A stretch of 64,000 bases of DNA from Patescibacteria group bacterium. GTDB taxonomy: Bacteria > Patescibacteriota > Patescibacteriia > SG8-24 > DYFX01. Position 1 is the first letter of the stretch. Each line of letters starts with the position of its first letter. Below, one piece after another: positions 48,902 through 57,850 of this stretch. Both the position numbers and the translations under genes were made by a program. The stretch lies in contig JBBTWH010000009.1 in assembly GCA_038062835.1 (NCBI GenBank), positions 8,257 through 72,256 of the forward strand, written 5' to 3'. The notes under the pieces were generated by a model. That model ran no database searches, had not been told where the DNA came from, and saw only the letters and a program-made list of their open reading frames with translations.

Positions 48902-50067
48902 GGTCCTTGTCGCTTCGACAGCAGTTCCTTCAGCTCTTTCATCCTGACTTCGCGCCCGACCATCAGCCTGGCCATGCGTTCGACGGCATCGCGCTCCGTG
49001 AGCGTCTTCCGGAACAGGAGCGCGGCGTTCAAGAGCGTCGCCATGAAGCCCGTCAGCAGCTCGCAATAATTGACGTCCTCTTCGTCATACTGGCCCTTGC
49101 GGCGATTCACGAGGCAGAGCACGCCGATCGAGGCGTCTCGCACATGCAGCGGCATGACGAGCATGTCGCGGATGCGCGCGTTGCCGACGAAGCGTTCGAT
49201 GCCGCCGGCCTTTCCGTCGAAGACGCGCGGAATCCCCGTCTCGATGATGCCGCGGAGGATACTCATGTTTTCCTCGACGGACATCAGGTCGCGTGCGTAG
49301 AAATCGGCGTCGGCGCCCTCGCCGACGCGCCTGAGCTCCTTGCTGTCGCCTTCAAGCACGAAGACGGCGTGGCGCTCGGCGTCGATGGCGTCCGATACGA
49401 TGCCTCCCGCGCGCGAGGCCAGCCGGTCGAGTTCCGAAGTGAATTCGCTCAGCCGCACCAGCATATTTATGACCTGGAGCTGATCGAGGCGATCCGAGAG
49501 ATCGCGCGAAAGCCGGTCGGTCTTCTCGAAGGCCTGACGCAGTCCGCGCGTCACTGACACGAGGCAGGCCGAAGCGGCCGCGAATATCAGGAGCTGCAGG
49601 GTGAACTCCCACGACATGAACGGGCCGCGGACCCAAGCCGCCGCGTGAAGGAACAGCATGGCCAGCAACGAAAAGGCCGATTCGGCCAGCACGACGTTCT
49701 CGTGCAGCACCAGGGCGGAAGCGAAAAGAGGTATGAAGTACAGATAGCCGAGAGTCCCGGCCATTTCGGGCAGGACGTAAATGAAACCCGTCAACAAGAC
49801 GACCATCGCCAAGCTGACGACGAGCGCCTTATCCTCCTTGACGAATCGGATCGGCCCTTCGGAGGATTCCGGCATCAGGCGTTGGAAGACGACGTTGGCG
49901 ACGGCAAGCAGCGCGACGGAGAGGATAAGTCTGGCCTGCCGCCCCGGTACGCCGGCTTGGGGAAGAAAGACGATGAGCGACCCGAGCAGCAGCGTCAGAA
50001 ACCAGCCTGCGGCCTCGAAGCCGTAACCGGAACGGACGATCTTCTTCGTGCGCGAGGACGCGGTCAT
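48898..50067 (-). CDS. Membrane sensor with GAF domain and C-terminal coiled coil, no output domain
   Basis: About 5 TM; GAF (LVMPL...IGVLCLVNR...YDEED); tail MVGREVRMKELK; coupled to both neighbours by ATGA overlaps. Confidence 0.8.
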   Translation of the reverse strand: MTASSRTKKIVRSGYGFEAAGWFLTLLLGSLIVFLPQAGVPGRQARLILSVALLAVANVVFQRLMPESSEGPIRFVKEDKALVVSLAMVVLLTGFIYVLPEMAGTLGYLYFIPLFASALVLHENVVLAESAFSLLAMLFLHAAAWVRGPFMSWEFTLQLLIFAAASACLVSVTRGLRQAFEKTDRLSRDLSDRLDQLQVINMLVRLSEFTSELDRLASRAGGIVSDAIDAERHAVFVLEGDSKELRRVGEGADADFYARDLMSVEENMSILRGIIETGIPRVFDGKAGGIERFVGNARIRDMLVMPLHVRDASIGVLCLVNRRKGQYDEEDVNYCELLTGFMATLLNAALLFRKTLTERDAVERMARLMVGREVRMKELKELLSKRQGP

Positions 50068-51203
50068 ACGGCGGTGCGTCGCGGCAACGTGACGGTGAAG
50101 ACCGACCCGGAGCCTTCTCCGGTCCGGCACTCGATGCGGCCGTCGTGGGCGTCGACGATGAATTTCGCGATATAGAGCCCGAGGCCGGAGGCGTTCGGAT
50201 TGACGTCGATGGCTTTTTTGGAACGGTAGAAGCGTTCGAAAAGGCGCGTGCGCTCCTTTTCAGGCATGCCGATGCCGGAGTCCCGTACCGCGATCGAGAC
50301 CTCGTCCTTGCCGGACAGGATATCGACCGAAATCCTTCCGCCGTCCGGCGTGTATTTGATGGCGTTGTCGATCAATCGGCTGAATACCGTCTCCATCTTG
50401 CCGGCGTCCACGAAGAGCGGCGCCGGATGCGGCGACGGTTCCGCGTACCCGAGCGCCTGCGAGCGCATGGCGGCGCTGCGCGTGAAATCGCGCACGACCT
50501 TGCCGACGACCTCGGCGATATCGACGGCGCTCTTGTCGAGCCGCAGCGTGCGCTGCTCGATGTCGACGGCCAGGAGCATGTCGTCGACGATCGAGATGCC
50601 GCTCGTCACGCTCTGATAGATCGATCGGAGCGACTCGGAGGCGTCCGGCGGCAGGGCGGGACCGTCGGACAGCAGCAGTTCCAGGTTCCAGCGGATGGCG
50701 TTAAGCGGCGTGCGCAGCTGATGCGAAGCCACGGTCAGGAACTTCGACTTGATCTCGTCGGCGCTGCGCAGGCCTCCGTATTGGATCTTGAGCTCGGTAA
50801 TCTCGCGCTCGTGCGTGACGTCGCGCATCAGCCAGAGGCGGCCGGCATGGACTCCCGCCTTGCGCACGGGCGCGCTCACGACCTCGACGAAGCGATGCGT
50901 CGGCGAGATGATCTCGACGTCGCGGAGGAATTCGCTCTCACGGTCCTCCGAAGGATGCGCGATGACCTCATAATAGCTCATGAACTCGGCGAAGGCGCGG
51001 CCCCACGTCTCGGAGAGCGATCCGACGTCCTTGCCGAGAAGCGCCGCCGGCTCAAGTCCGAAAAACGCGCCGATGGCCTTGTTGGCCGCCAGCACGCGCC
51101 CATCCGGTCCCGTGACCAGGATCGCGTACGGCGAGGCGTCGAGGATCGGCTCGATGACGCTATCGGTGCAGACGCTCGGTTCGACGCGGCTCGTGAAAAG
51201 CAT
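50064..51203 (-). CDS. Cytoplasmic PAS histidine kinase
   Basis: PAS (ILDASPYAILV...AN..FFG); ASHQLRTPL; DNAIKYT; DSGIG; FERFYR; SGLGL. Confidence 0.9.
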   Translation of the reverse strand: MLFTSRVEPSVCTDSVIEPILDASPYAILVTGPDGRVLAANKAIGAFFGLEPAALLGKDVGSLSETWGRAFAEFMSYYEVIAHPSEDRESEFLRDVEIISPTHRFVEVVSAPVRKAGVHAGRLWLMRDVTHEREITELKIQYGGLRSADEIKSKFLTVASHQLRTPLNAIRWNLELLLSDGPALPPDASESLRSIYQSVTSGISIVDDMLLAVDIEQRTLRLDKSAVDIAEVVGKVVRDFTRSAAMRSQALGYAEPSPHPAPLFVDAGKMETVFSRLIDNAIKYTPDGGRISVDILSGKDEVSIAVRDSGIGMPEKERTRLFERFYRSKKAIDVNPNASGLGLYIAKFIVDAHDGRIECRTGEGSGSVFTVTLPRRTAV

Positions 51204-51218
51204 ACTGCGTTCAGTGTA

Positions 51219-52202
51219 TCACGAAAGCAGGCCGCGGGCGGCCTTCCACAGTTCATCGCGCCCGTTCGTCTTCAGCCAATACCACCACTCGACGCCCCAG
51301 AGATATATCTCGGAGGCTCCGGTCGAGGCGGCGAACTCGACGTTGCCGCGCAGGCGCTCCGGATCCATCTGCGAGAACTGCTCGTCGATGGGCGTCTCCG
51401 CCACCGGAGCGCGGAACCACGGCTCGGCCTGGAGTTCGCTGACGATCACGCGCTTGACGACCGGTCCGATGATGTTGATGCGGTCGGTATAATAGAGCGG
51501 CGAGACCGGCCAGTAGAGCTCCCCGAGGTACTTGTTCCAGACCAGGCGATACATGCTGATGCCCAGCACGTCGCCGAGCGTCGCGGTGCGGATCCAGGTC
51601 GAGAGCTCGCCGGAGTCAGTCACCATGACAGGCCGCGCGTCGAGGCCGCGCACGAGCATGATCTCTTCCTTCAGGAAATCGCGGTCGGGCGGCGGGCACT
51701 TGCCGAAATGGAACAGAGGCTCGTTCTCGACCTGCCAGACGCGCACGGCGGAATAGGACTTGAAATGCAGGATCTCGGCTTCCAGGAAATTCAGCACGCG
51801 CTCGCGCTGCCGCGCCTCGTCGAGCTTCGCGGCCCAGCCGGGGACGTGGCACTCGGGCCAGCGCGGCGTCTTGCGGCCGACGGCCAGGATGACCTCCGCG
51901 CCGCGTTCTCCCGCCTCGTCGAGCATCCACTCGACTTCCCCCCACTCATAGCGCCCGCGCTCAGGTTCCGCCTCGTCCCAGTACACCGGGATGCGAAGAT
52001 GGCGGACGCCGAGGTCGTCGAGCGTCGCGAGGTACGCCTCCTTCCAATCGAGGCCGAGTTCCTTCGCGTATTTCGTCGAAAACGTCACGCCGAGGCTGGG
52101 CGGCGCGGCGCGGCGCGGGACGGAGGCGAGGTACCACGAAACCAGGCTCGCCAGCGCCACGAGGCCGATCGCGATCGTGATGACGACGCGGCGACGGCGC
52201 AT
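51219..52202 (-). CDS. Exported clan GH-A glycoside hydrolase (GH5/GH42-like)
   Basis: N-terminal TM; LRIPVYWDEAEP; WQVENEP (acid/base); SELQAEPW (nucleophile); YLWGVEWW. Confidence 0.8.
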   Translation of the reverse strand: MRRRRVVITIAIGLVALASLVSWYLASVPRRAAPPSLGVTFSTKYAKELGLDWKEAYLATLDDLGVRHLRIPVYWDEAEPERGRYEWGEVEWMLDEAGERGAEVILAVGRKTPRWPECHVPGWAAKLDEARQRERVLNFLEAEILHFKSYSAVRVWQVENEPLFHFGKCPPPDRDFLKEEIMLVRGLDARPVMVTDSGELSTWIRTATLGDVLGISMYRLVWNKYLGELYWPVSPLYYTDRINIIGPVVKRVIVSELQAEPWFRAPVAETPIDEQFSQMDPERLRGNVEFAASTGASEIYLWGVEWWYWLKTNGRDELWKAARGLLS

Positions 52203-52203
52203 G

Positions 52204-53544
52204 TCAGACGATCATCGGGAGTTTCTCGAGCTTGACCGTCAGGCCCGTGATGATCTCCTCGATGCGATAGGCGCCGTGCGTCGGCGCTTCGATGAAGCCG
52301 TTCCAGGCCATGCGCGCGAGGCCGCCGGACTCGACCCAGTCGAACAGCCATTCGTCGGTATACCGGGGATCGAGCTGCGGGGTCCCGCCCCCGAGCGTGC
52401 GCAGCCAGTGCTCGTTGAACTTCTCCTGTGAACCGATCGGCGGCGCGGCGATGATGGGCAGGCCGACGCCGGTATAGAAGGACAGCTCGCTGGGCTTGGT
52501 CCAGAGGATGTCGGAACGGCGGATGAGCTGGTCGAATTTCTTGAAGTAGGTCGGGCGGTCGGCGTAATACTGGATGCGCAGTCCTTCGCCGAGCTCCGAG
52601 CCGAGTCCGAGGTCTATGACGCGCTTCTTGTAATACGACGCCACGTCCTTATTGGTGCCGGCCACCAGGTTCAGGATGACGTTGCCGCGGCGGATCTTCT
52701 CGCGCAGGCTCTCCGCGATCGTCAGGCCGAGATCGCGCTGGGCGCCGGCGCCGCCGACCGCGAAGGTCAGCGTGAGCGGATGCGTGGGCTCGCGCTTGCA
52801 GTTCGAGACTCCGATGGCTTCCTTCAACGTGTCCTCGTACTTGGAATAGAAGATGCCGTTCGGATCGAGGTGACAGATGCGCTCTCCCAGGTCTTCCTTG
52901 ATGGTCTCGGCCGTCGGGCCGCCGATCAGGTCCTTCGAGAGCGGGAAGCCTGTCAGGTAGATGTTCTCCGGGCGCACGCCATAAAGCTTGAGGCGCTCGA
53001 CGACGCGGCCGTTGGAGGCGAAGTATTTGATGCGGCTGCGCTTGGGATCCTTGGCGACCCAAGCGCGGCTGACGTCGGCGTCGGTCGTGACGAGATAGAT
53101 GTCCTCGGGGTAATCGAAGTATTCCGCGGCGAAGGCCGGCAGGAAGAACGTGCAGACCAGCGGCAGCTTCCGCTTGTTGCGCAGCGTCTCGACGAGGTCG
53201 CGGCCGAGGCCCTTCCGTTCGATCAGATAGTAGAGCTGGAGCAGCTGCAGGCTCGGCGCGGAAAGGTCGCGGCGCGGATAGAAAGACTTGATTTCCTGGA
53301 ATCCGTCGAAGACGTTCCAGGCCAGCTCCCCGAGGATCGGAAACGACTTGAAACGCGAGAACGCCTCATAGAGCGTGCGGCTCTGCCGCCAGAGTTTCTT
53401 GTCGGCGTCGGGAATGCCGGGATAGTTGTTCGCGACGATGACGTCGGCGTACGCCAGATCAGTGAGCGCGTGCGAGGCGCGCTCGTGGCCATAGCCCATG
53501 TCGACGGTCACGACCCAGGCTTTGCGGAAATGCTGTTCAGTCAT
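52204..53544 (-). CDS. GT-B-like glycosyltransferase-related conserved protein (MGDG-synthase-like)
   Basis: VDMGYGHERA; TTDAD; TGFPL; ILWTKPSE; PIGSQEKFN. Confidence 0.65.
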   Translation of the reverse strand: MTEQHFRKAWVVTVDMGYGHERASHALTDLAYADVIVANNYPGIPDADKKLWRQSRTLYEAFSRFKSFPILGELAWNVFDGFQEIKSFYPRRDLSAPSLQLLQLYYLIERKGLGRDLVETLRNKRKLPLVCTFFLPAFAAEYFDYPEDIYLVTTDADVSRAWVAKDPKRSRIKYFASNGRVVERLKLYGVRPENIYLTGFPLSKDLIGGPTAETIKEDLGERICHLDPNGIFYSKYEDTLKEAIGVSNCKREPTHPLTLTFAVGGAGAQRDLGLTIAESLREKIRRGNVILNLVAGTNKDVASYYKKRVIDLGLGSELGEGLRIQYYADRPTYFKKFDQLIRRSDILWTKPSELSFYTGVGLPIIAAPPIGSQEKFNEHWLRTLGGGTPQLDPRYTDEWLFDWVESGGLARMAWNGFIEAPTHGAYRIEEIITGLTVKLEKLPMIV

Positions 53545-53554
53545 GGCGGATGGA

Positions 53555-53854
53555 TCATCTGTGATGCAGCGCGACGAGCGTCGCGCCTCCCTTCGAAGCG
53601 TCGCGGAAGCCCGCGACCAGCCTGTGTCCTTCCAGCCAGCGATGTAGGGAGTCGCGGAGCTTGCCTTCTCCTTTGCCGTGCACCACGCGAACGGAGCGCT
53701 CCCCGCTCACGAACGCGCGCTGGATGAGCGCCTCGGCCGCCGCGCTGGCGGCGTCCCAGCGCAGTCCGTGCAGGTCCGCCTCAGGCACGTCGCCGCCCGC
53801 TTCGGCCAGGAACAGCAGGTTTTCGAGCTCGTCGAGGTCTTGGGTCTGCGGCAT
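53555..53854 (-). CDS. Small Smr (MutS2 C-terminal) domain protein
   Basis: DLHGL...VRVVHGKGEGKLR...GGATLVAL. Confidence 0.85.
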   Translation of the reverse strand: MPQTQDLDELENLLFLAEAGGDVPEADLHGLRWDAASAAAEALIQRAFVSGERSVRVVHGKGEGKLRDSLHRWLEGHRLVAGFRDASKGGATLVALHHR

Positions 53855-54998
53855 TTTTTTTCGCTTTCGGAGTTTCAGAAACCGGCAGCGTGAAGTGAAA
53901 GACGGTGCCTCGGCCCTCGACCGACGAGAAGCCGACGGTGCCGCCATGCGCCTCGACGAAGGTCTTCGTGACGAACAGCCCGACGCCGGAAGCGTTCGGC
54001 TGCATCAGGTTGGCGTTGGAGGCGCGGAAGAACTTCTGGAATATCTCGCGCTGCTCGTCCGGCGGGATTCCGACGCCTGAATCCTGAACTTCGAAGCGCG
54101 CGTAGTCGCCGTCGCGCATAGCGCGCAACTCGACGCGTCCGCCCTCATGCGTATAGCTCATGGCGTTGTGCAGGAACTTGCTGAAGACGTAGTGCAGCTT
54201 GAGCTTGTCGGCATAGACCATCGGCATGTCCCTGACGACGGACGCGCGGAACGAGAGCTTCTTGAGCTTGGCCTGGCTCTTGAATTCGAGCGCGAGCGCG
54301 GCGATGAACGCGTCGACGTCGACCGGCTCCGGATTGAGGTGCAGGAGCCCGCGTTCGACCTCCAGCGCTTCGACCCAGTCGGAAATCATCACCAGGATGT
54401 TCTGATAGTTCTTGTCGGTGATACGCAGGACCTCTTCCTGCCGCCTGGTGAGCTCTCCGACCTCGCCGCGCAAGAGGCTCTCGATGTTCCAGCGCACGGC
54501 TGTCAGCGGCGTGCGCAGCTGGTGCGAGATGATCTCCAGGAAGCGCGTCTTCACCTCCTCGATCTCGGAAAGCGGCGCGGCCGAGGCCGCGGACTTGGCG
54601 CGCTCGGATTTCGCCAGCGCAAGGACGGCTTTCGCGATGACGTCATCGACGTCGCCGTCGTGGATATGGGGCGAGCGGCTCCAATCACCGGCCGCGTAGT
54701 CCCTGAGGGAGGCGACGATCTCGGCGACGTTGCGTTCGCGGCGCCGCTCGGTGGCATGGAGGACGACGAGCGCGACGCACAGGAAGAAGGCGACGATGGC
54801 CGAAAGCAGCCAGGTGGCGTTCTGCAGGAAGAACAGGTCGTTCAGGTGGCGGACGTCGGAGGCCGCGCCGGTCGCCGCGTCGAACAGCACGAAACCGTAG
54901 CCAGCGAACAGCGCCCATGCGCCGCCCGAGACCAACAAAGCCGCGATGCCTATCAGCATCAAGACGAATCCGGCGCGTTGTCTTCCCGGAATGAGCAT
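53781..54998 (-). CDS. Membrane sensor histidine kinase
   Basis: AGGAGG RBS; 2 TM; ISHQLRTPL; HNAMSYT; DSGVGIP; FQKFFRA; SGVGL. Confidence 0.9.
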   Translation of the reverse strand: MLIPGRQRAGFVLMLIGIAALLVSGGAWALFAGYGFVLFDAATGAASDVRHLNDLFFLQNATWLLSAIVAFFLCVALVVLHATERRRERNVAEIVASLRDYAAGDWSRSPHIHDGDVDDVIAKAVLALAKSERAKSAASAAPLSEIEEVKTRFLEIISHQLRTPLTAVRWNIESLLRGEVGELTRRQEEVLRITDKNYQNILVMISDWVEALEVERGLLHLNPEPVDVDAFIAALALEFKSQAKLKKLSFRASVVRDMPMVYADKLKLHYVFSKFLHNAMSYTHEGGRVELRAMRDGDYARFEVQDSGVGIPPDEQREIFQKFFRASNANLMQPNASGVGLFVTKTFVEAHGGTVGFSSVEGRGTVFHFTLPVSETPKAKKNAADPRPRRARKPAVPGRSGRRRA

Positions 54999-55068
54999 AT
55001 CTCCTCCTGAATGCGTACGCCTGAAGTATATCACAAAAAGAAAAACCGGCCGGAGCGCTAGGCATGCG

Positions 55069-56112
55069 CTACGGCCGGACGAAGATCTCGTCGACGCTCA
55101 CGCCTGTGAGCGTAGGGATCGAGGAGGCTGGGATGCCGAGGAGGCGAAGGATCGTGGGCGCGGTGTCGGCGAGCCGGATCGAGGCTCGGATCTCGTGGCC
55201 AGGCTTGATGCCGGGACCGACGGCGACCCAGGGGACCAGGCGGTCGTCAGGCGTGTCATAGCCATGTCCCTTGCCGGGCGTGCCGCCGTGGTCGGATGTG
55301 ACGATTAGCGTCGTAGGGACGCCGCCCGCCGCTTCCGCATCCGACATGCATTTCCGGATGGTCTCGAGGTGTCGGCCGATTTTCTCGGCTTCGACATACT
55401 GCTCCTCGGAGAGCCAGCCATGGCGATGCCCCGCGTCGTCGGTCATCTTGAAGTGCAGGATGACGAGGCGCGCGGCGTCGTCCCTCACGGCATCACAGGC
55501 CGTCTGAATGAGGATTTTGTCGCCGCGGACGCGTACGCCGGTCTCGTCGCCGTCGGGACGGAGCATGCCGACGAGCTTGCCCTTCTGGACGGCGGCGACG
55601 GCCTTGTAACCAGCGCTTTCGACAGCCGTGAAAAGCGTGTGGGAGACCTTGAGCGGCTTCCAGCGGAACTTGACTCCGTGGACATGCGGGTCGTCGCCGG
55701 TCCTCTCCGACTTGGTCGGCTCACCCGTGACGCCGTTCACCTTCGGCTCGGCTCCAGTGTAGAGCTCCGCGTGGGAGATAGACGTCGTGGCGCCTTTCGG
55801 AACTTCGGCGACGAAAGTCCAGGCGCCTTCCGAAGCCATCTCCTTCCAGACCGGCATGCGGTCGGCCAGGCGGACGTGCCATCCGTCGACGGTGACGAGG
55901 ATGACGCGCGCGGGACCGGCGGCCTTCGATACCGACGTCCCGGCGGCCACGGGCGGCTTGGGGACGACGAGACCTTTCTTGGCTTGGGGTTTGACGACAG
56001 CGGGAGGCGCGGACTTCGCAGGATGACGCTCGATCTGCCCGAACGCCACGCAGGCCGCGAGGCCGATGAAGGCTAGCAGATACGGGACAGGACTGGTGCG
56101 ATTGAGTTGCAC
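55069..56112 (-). CDS. Exported alkaline phosphatase superfamily (phosphodiesterase-like) protein
   Basis: Signal/TM; ILVTVDG; TTSISHAELYTG; DDAGH; VTSDHGG; H..VPW; LADTAPT. Confidence 0.85.
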   Translation of the reverse strand: MQLNRTSPVPYLLAFIGLAACVAFGQIERHPAKSAPPAVVKPQAKKGLVVPKPPVAAGTSVSKAAGPARVILVTVDGWHVRLADRMPVWKEMASEGAWTFVAEVPKGATTSISHAELYTGAEPKVNGVTGEPTKSERTGDDPHVHGVKFRWKPLKVSHTLFTAVESAGYKAVAAVQKGKLVGMLRPDGDETGVRVRGDKILIQTACDAVRDDAARLVILHFKMTDDAGHRHGWLSEEQYVEAEKIGRHLETIRKCMSDAEAAGGVPTTLIVTSDHGGTPGKGHGYDTPDDRLVPWVAVGPGIKPGHEIRASIRLADTAPTILRLLGIPASSIPTLTGVSVDEIFVRP

Positions 56113-56156
56113 GATAGGCTCCTTGGTCGGGGGTTGAGATCAAAAGGCCACGTCGC

Positions 56157-56185
56157 AGGATACCGAAAAAACGCGGTTTTGTCAA
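56157..56185 (-). promoter_or_regulatory. Putative sigma70 promoter
   Basis: Minus strand TTGACA-17 nt-TATCCT. Confidence 0.6.
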
Positions 56186-56203
56186 TGCTGGCGCCCGTTT
56201 TTA

Positions 56204-56342
56204 TCATTCCAGCATTCGCTGGAGTCCAGTACATCCGCAAAGCCAAGAGATATTTTCAACCTCACGCTGTAATCTCCAGGTATTCCCATGTTTCAGGAGT
56301 CCCAGATATGCCTGGAGAGTTTCGGACATCGAGTGTTCGTTA
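56204..56342 (-). pseudogene. Remnant 3' end of a DGR-type reverse transcriptase
   Basis: EHSMSETLQAYLGLLKHGNTWRLQREVENISWL resembles the C-terminal thumb segment (SYLG.L.H.N..L) of DGR RTs; locally AT-richer; directly downstream of a DGR-like target. Confidence 0.65.
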
Positions 56343-56345
56343 AAA

Positions 56346-56419
56346 CCCGCGTGAGACGACGTCTCACGCGGGGAAGGGTCCAAGGACACTCGAGAGCTAA
56401 GTGTCCAAGGGATCAAGGG
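56346..56419. other. Hairpins and short direct repeats downstream of the DGR-like variable region
   Basis: Perfect 12-bp stem CCCGCGTGAGAC-gac-GTCTCACGCGGG (56346-56372); GGACACT..AGTGTCC stem; repeated CCTTG(G/A) on the minus strand. Confidence 0.7.
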
Positions 56420-57127
56420 CTACTTGCGAACGAACAGGAACCGGCGGCTCGCAATCCACCTGCCGTCGACCGGGAAGCCGTCGAGGAGGCGCCTGCCGTC
56501 ATCGGCGCACAGCACCGCGACGTAGCGGAGGCCGACGTCGCCCAGCGCGGACGAGCCGCAGGCGACGATCCAGAACTGCAGCTGCAGCTCGGGGTGGGCC
56601 TTGGCGAACTCGTAGGCCTCCTTGTGAGTCGCCGGACGGTAGCCGTTCTTCTGACCCCAGGCGATCGCCTCCTCGTCATCCATCGAGCGTCCGAAGTCCT
56701 TCGTGAGGAAGACTTTCTCGCCGGGGGTTTCATCCATGTCGACGCAGGAGGCGTGCTTCTTCCACTCGCGTCCGTCGAAGAGACTGGAGACGCCGCCCTT
56801 GGAGAACTCCTCCTCGAGCTGGCGCATGGGCGGGAGCGGGGCGTAGGTGATTGTGACGCGGTAGTGGTCGAGCGGGAGCGGCTCGGACGGCATGCCGCGA
56901 TAGCGGTGGTCGCCAGTCTGTTGGACCGGCTTCGACTGCTCCGCGAGCCAGTCTGCGTAGGCCAGGTCGGCGATCTTGCCGAGCGTCGTCCTGCCGCCCG
57001 CAGTCACGAGCCGATAGATGGCCGCGAAGGGCACCGCCTTCTCACGGACCACATCCATCAAACCAGTCGCGAATCCCATGAAATAACCGACACCCGTCTC
57101 GATCTCGGACACGTTTCGCTTCGCCAT
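56420..57127 (-). CDS. DGR target-like protein with C-type-lectin-like C-terminal variable region
   Basis: AAGGAG RBS; GYRPAT..E..FAKAHPELQLQFWIVACGS; C-terminus VAVLCADDGRRLLDGFPVDGRWIASRRFLFVRK with many NNC/NNT codons. Confidence 0.75.
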   Translation of the reverse strand: MAKRNVSEIETGVGYFMGFATGLMDVVREKAVPFAAIYRLVTAGGRTTLGKIADLAYADWLAEQSKPVQQTGDHRYRGMPSEPLPLDHYRVTITYAPLPPMRQLEEEFSKGGVSSLFDGREWKKHASCVDMDETPGEKVFLTKDFGRSMDDEEAIAWGQKNGYRPATHKEAYEFAKAHPELQLQFWIVACGSSALGDVGLRYVAVLCADDGRRLLDGFPVDGRWIASRRFLFVRK

Positions 57128-57298
57128 GTGCATTCTCCTTGCGTTTGGCTTGCCCCTCATCCCGCACTATGCGAGACCCCAGGCTTGCCGTGAAAGGTAC
57201 TGACTGTGATGCACACATAAGCATAAATATGCAGTTTTGTCAAGTATTCTTGACTGTTTGGCCTGCCGCGCCCCAGCCCCGCGCCCTCCTCGCTCAAC

Positions 57299-57332
57299 AC
57301 GTCAAAACTTCACGATCGTGAACTTTTGACGT
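57299..57332. repeat. 34-bp near-perfect palindrome, copy 1
   Basis: ACGTCAAAAcTTCACGATCGTGAAcTTTTGACGT, abutting the stop codon of the PaaX-like gene. Confidence 0.85.
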
Positions 57333-57850
57333 CATGTTTCTACGATCTGAATCCAAGCTCCGAGTCGCCGCCGTGAAACCCATCTCTTCAGCAACGCCGC
57401 GACGTCTCGTTCCGTCACCCAGACGCTCCGCTGATGGAGTCTGAATCCGGCCATCTTCAGCCAAGTACGCACCGCATCACGTGCCGTTCGATGCCGCTCC
57501 GGAATGTCGTACATGACATATGTCCGCCCGCCGTCTTCCCGACGTTTCGCCGCGCGGACCTGAAGCTTCAGGAACGATTCGTGGCCGCGATCCGTCAGCA
57601 TCGCGACAATCCTTTTCCCGATCCTCCGCTCGACCAACAATTTGCGGCGTCGAAGTTCGACATAGCGCTGACGCAGCGCCGCCTTCTCATCGTACTCCGC
57701 CACGCGCCGCATGCCGGCGAGCCCGTCGCGCAGGAACGCCTTGCGGTATTTCCCGTTCAGCTCGAAATACAGCATGCCATCGGCGACAGTCGACAACACG
57801 TCTAAAGTCCGGCGGCCGGCCTTGCCCAAGCTTTGAATCAAGCGCGTCAT
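57332..57850 (-). CDS. PaaX-like regulator with a Cas2-like ferredoxin domain (CPR type)
   Basis: wHTH-like LRRRKLL...LTDRG, then YVMYDIPERHRTARDAVRTWLKMAGFRLHQRSVWV; start ATG 57850 or TTG 57874. Confidence 0.8.
   Translation of the reverse strand: MTRLIQSLGKAGRRTLDVLSTVADGMLYFELNGKYRKAFLRDGLAGMRRVAEYDEKAALRQRYVELRRRKLLVERRIGKRIVAMLTDRGHESFLKLQVRAAKRREDGGRTYVMYDIPERHRTARDAVRTWLKMAGFRLHQRSVWVTERDVAALLKRWVSRRRLGAWIQIVET

Noticed and set aside
56346-56372. Hairpin as only an intrinsic terminator
   Set aside because: It is followed by TTTT on the minus strand and may terminate, so this is not excluded, but its position between a VR-like end and an RT remnant makes a DGR cis-element role at least as likely.
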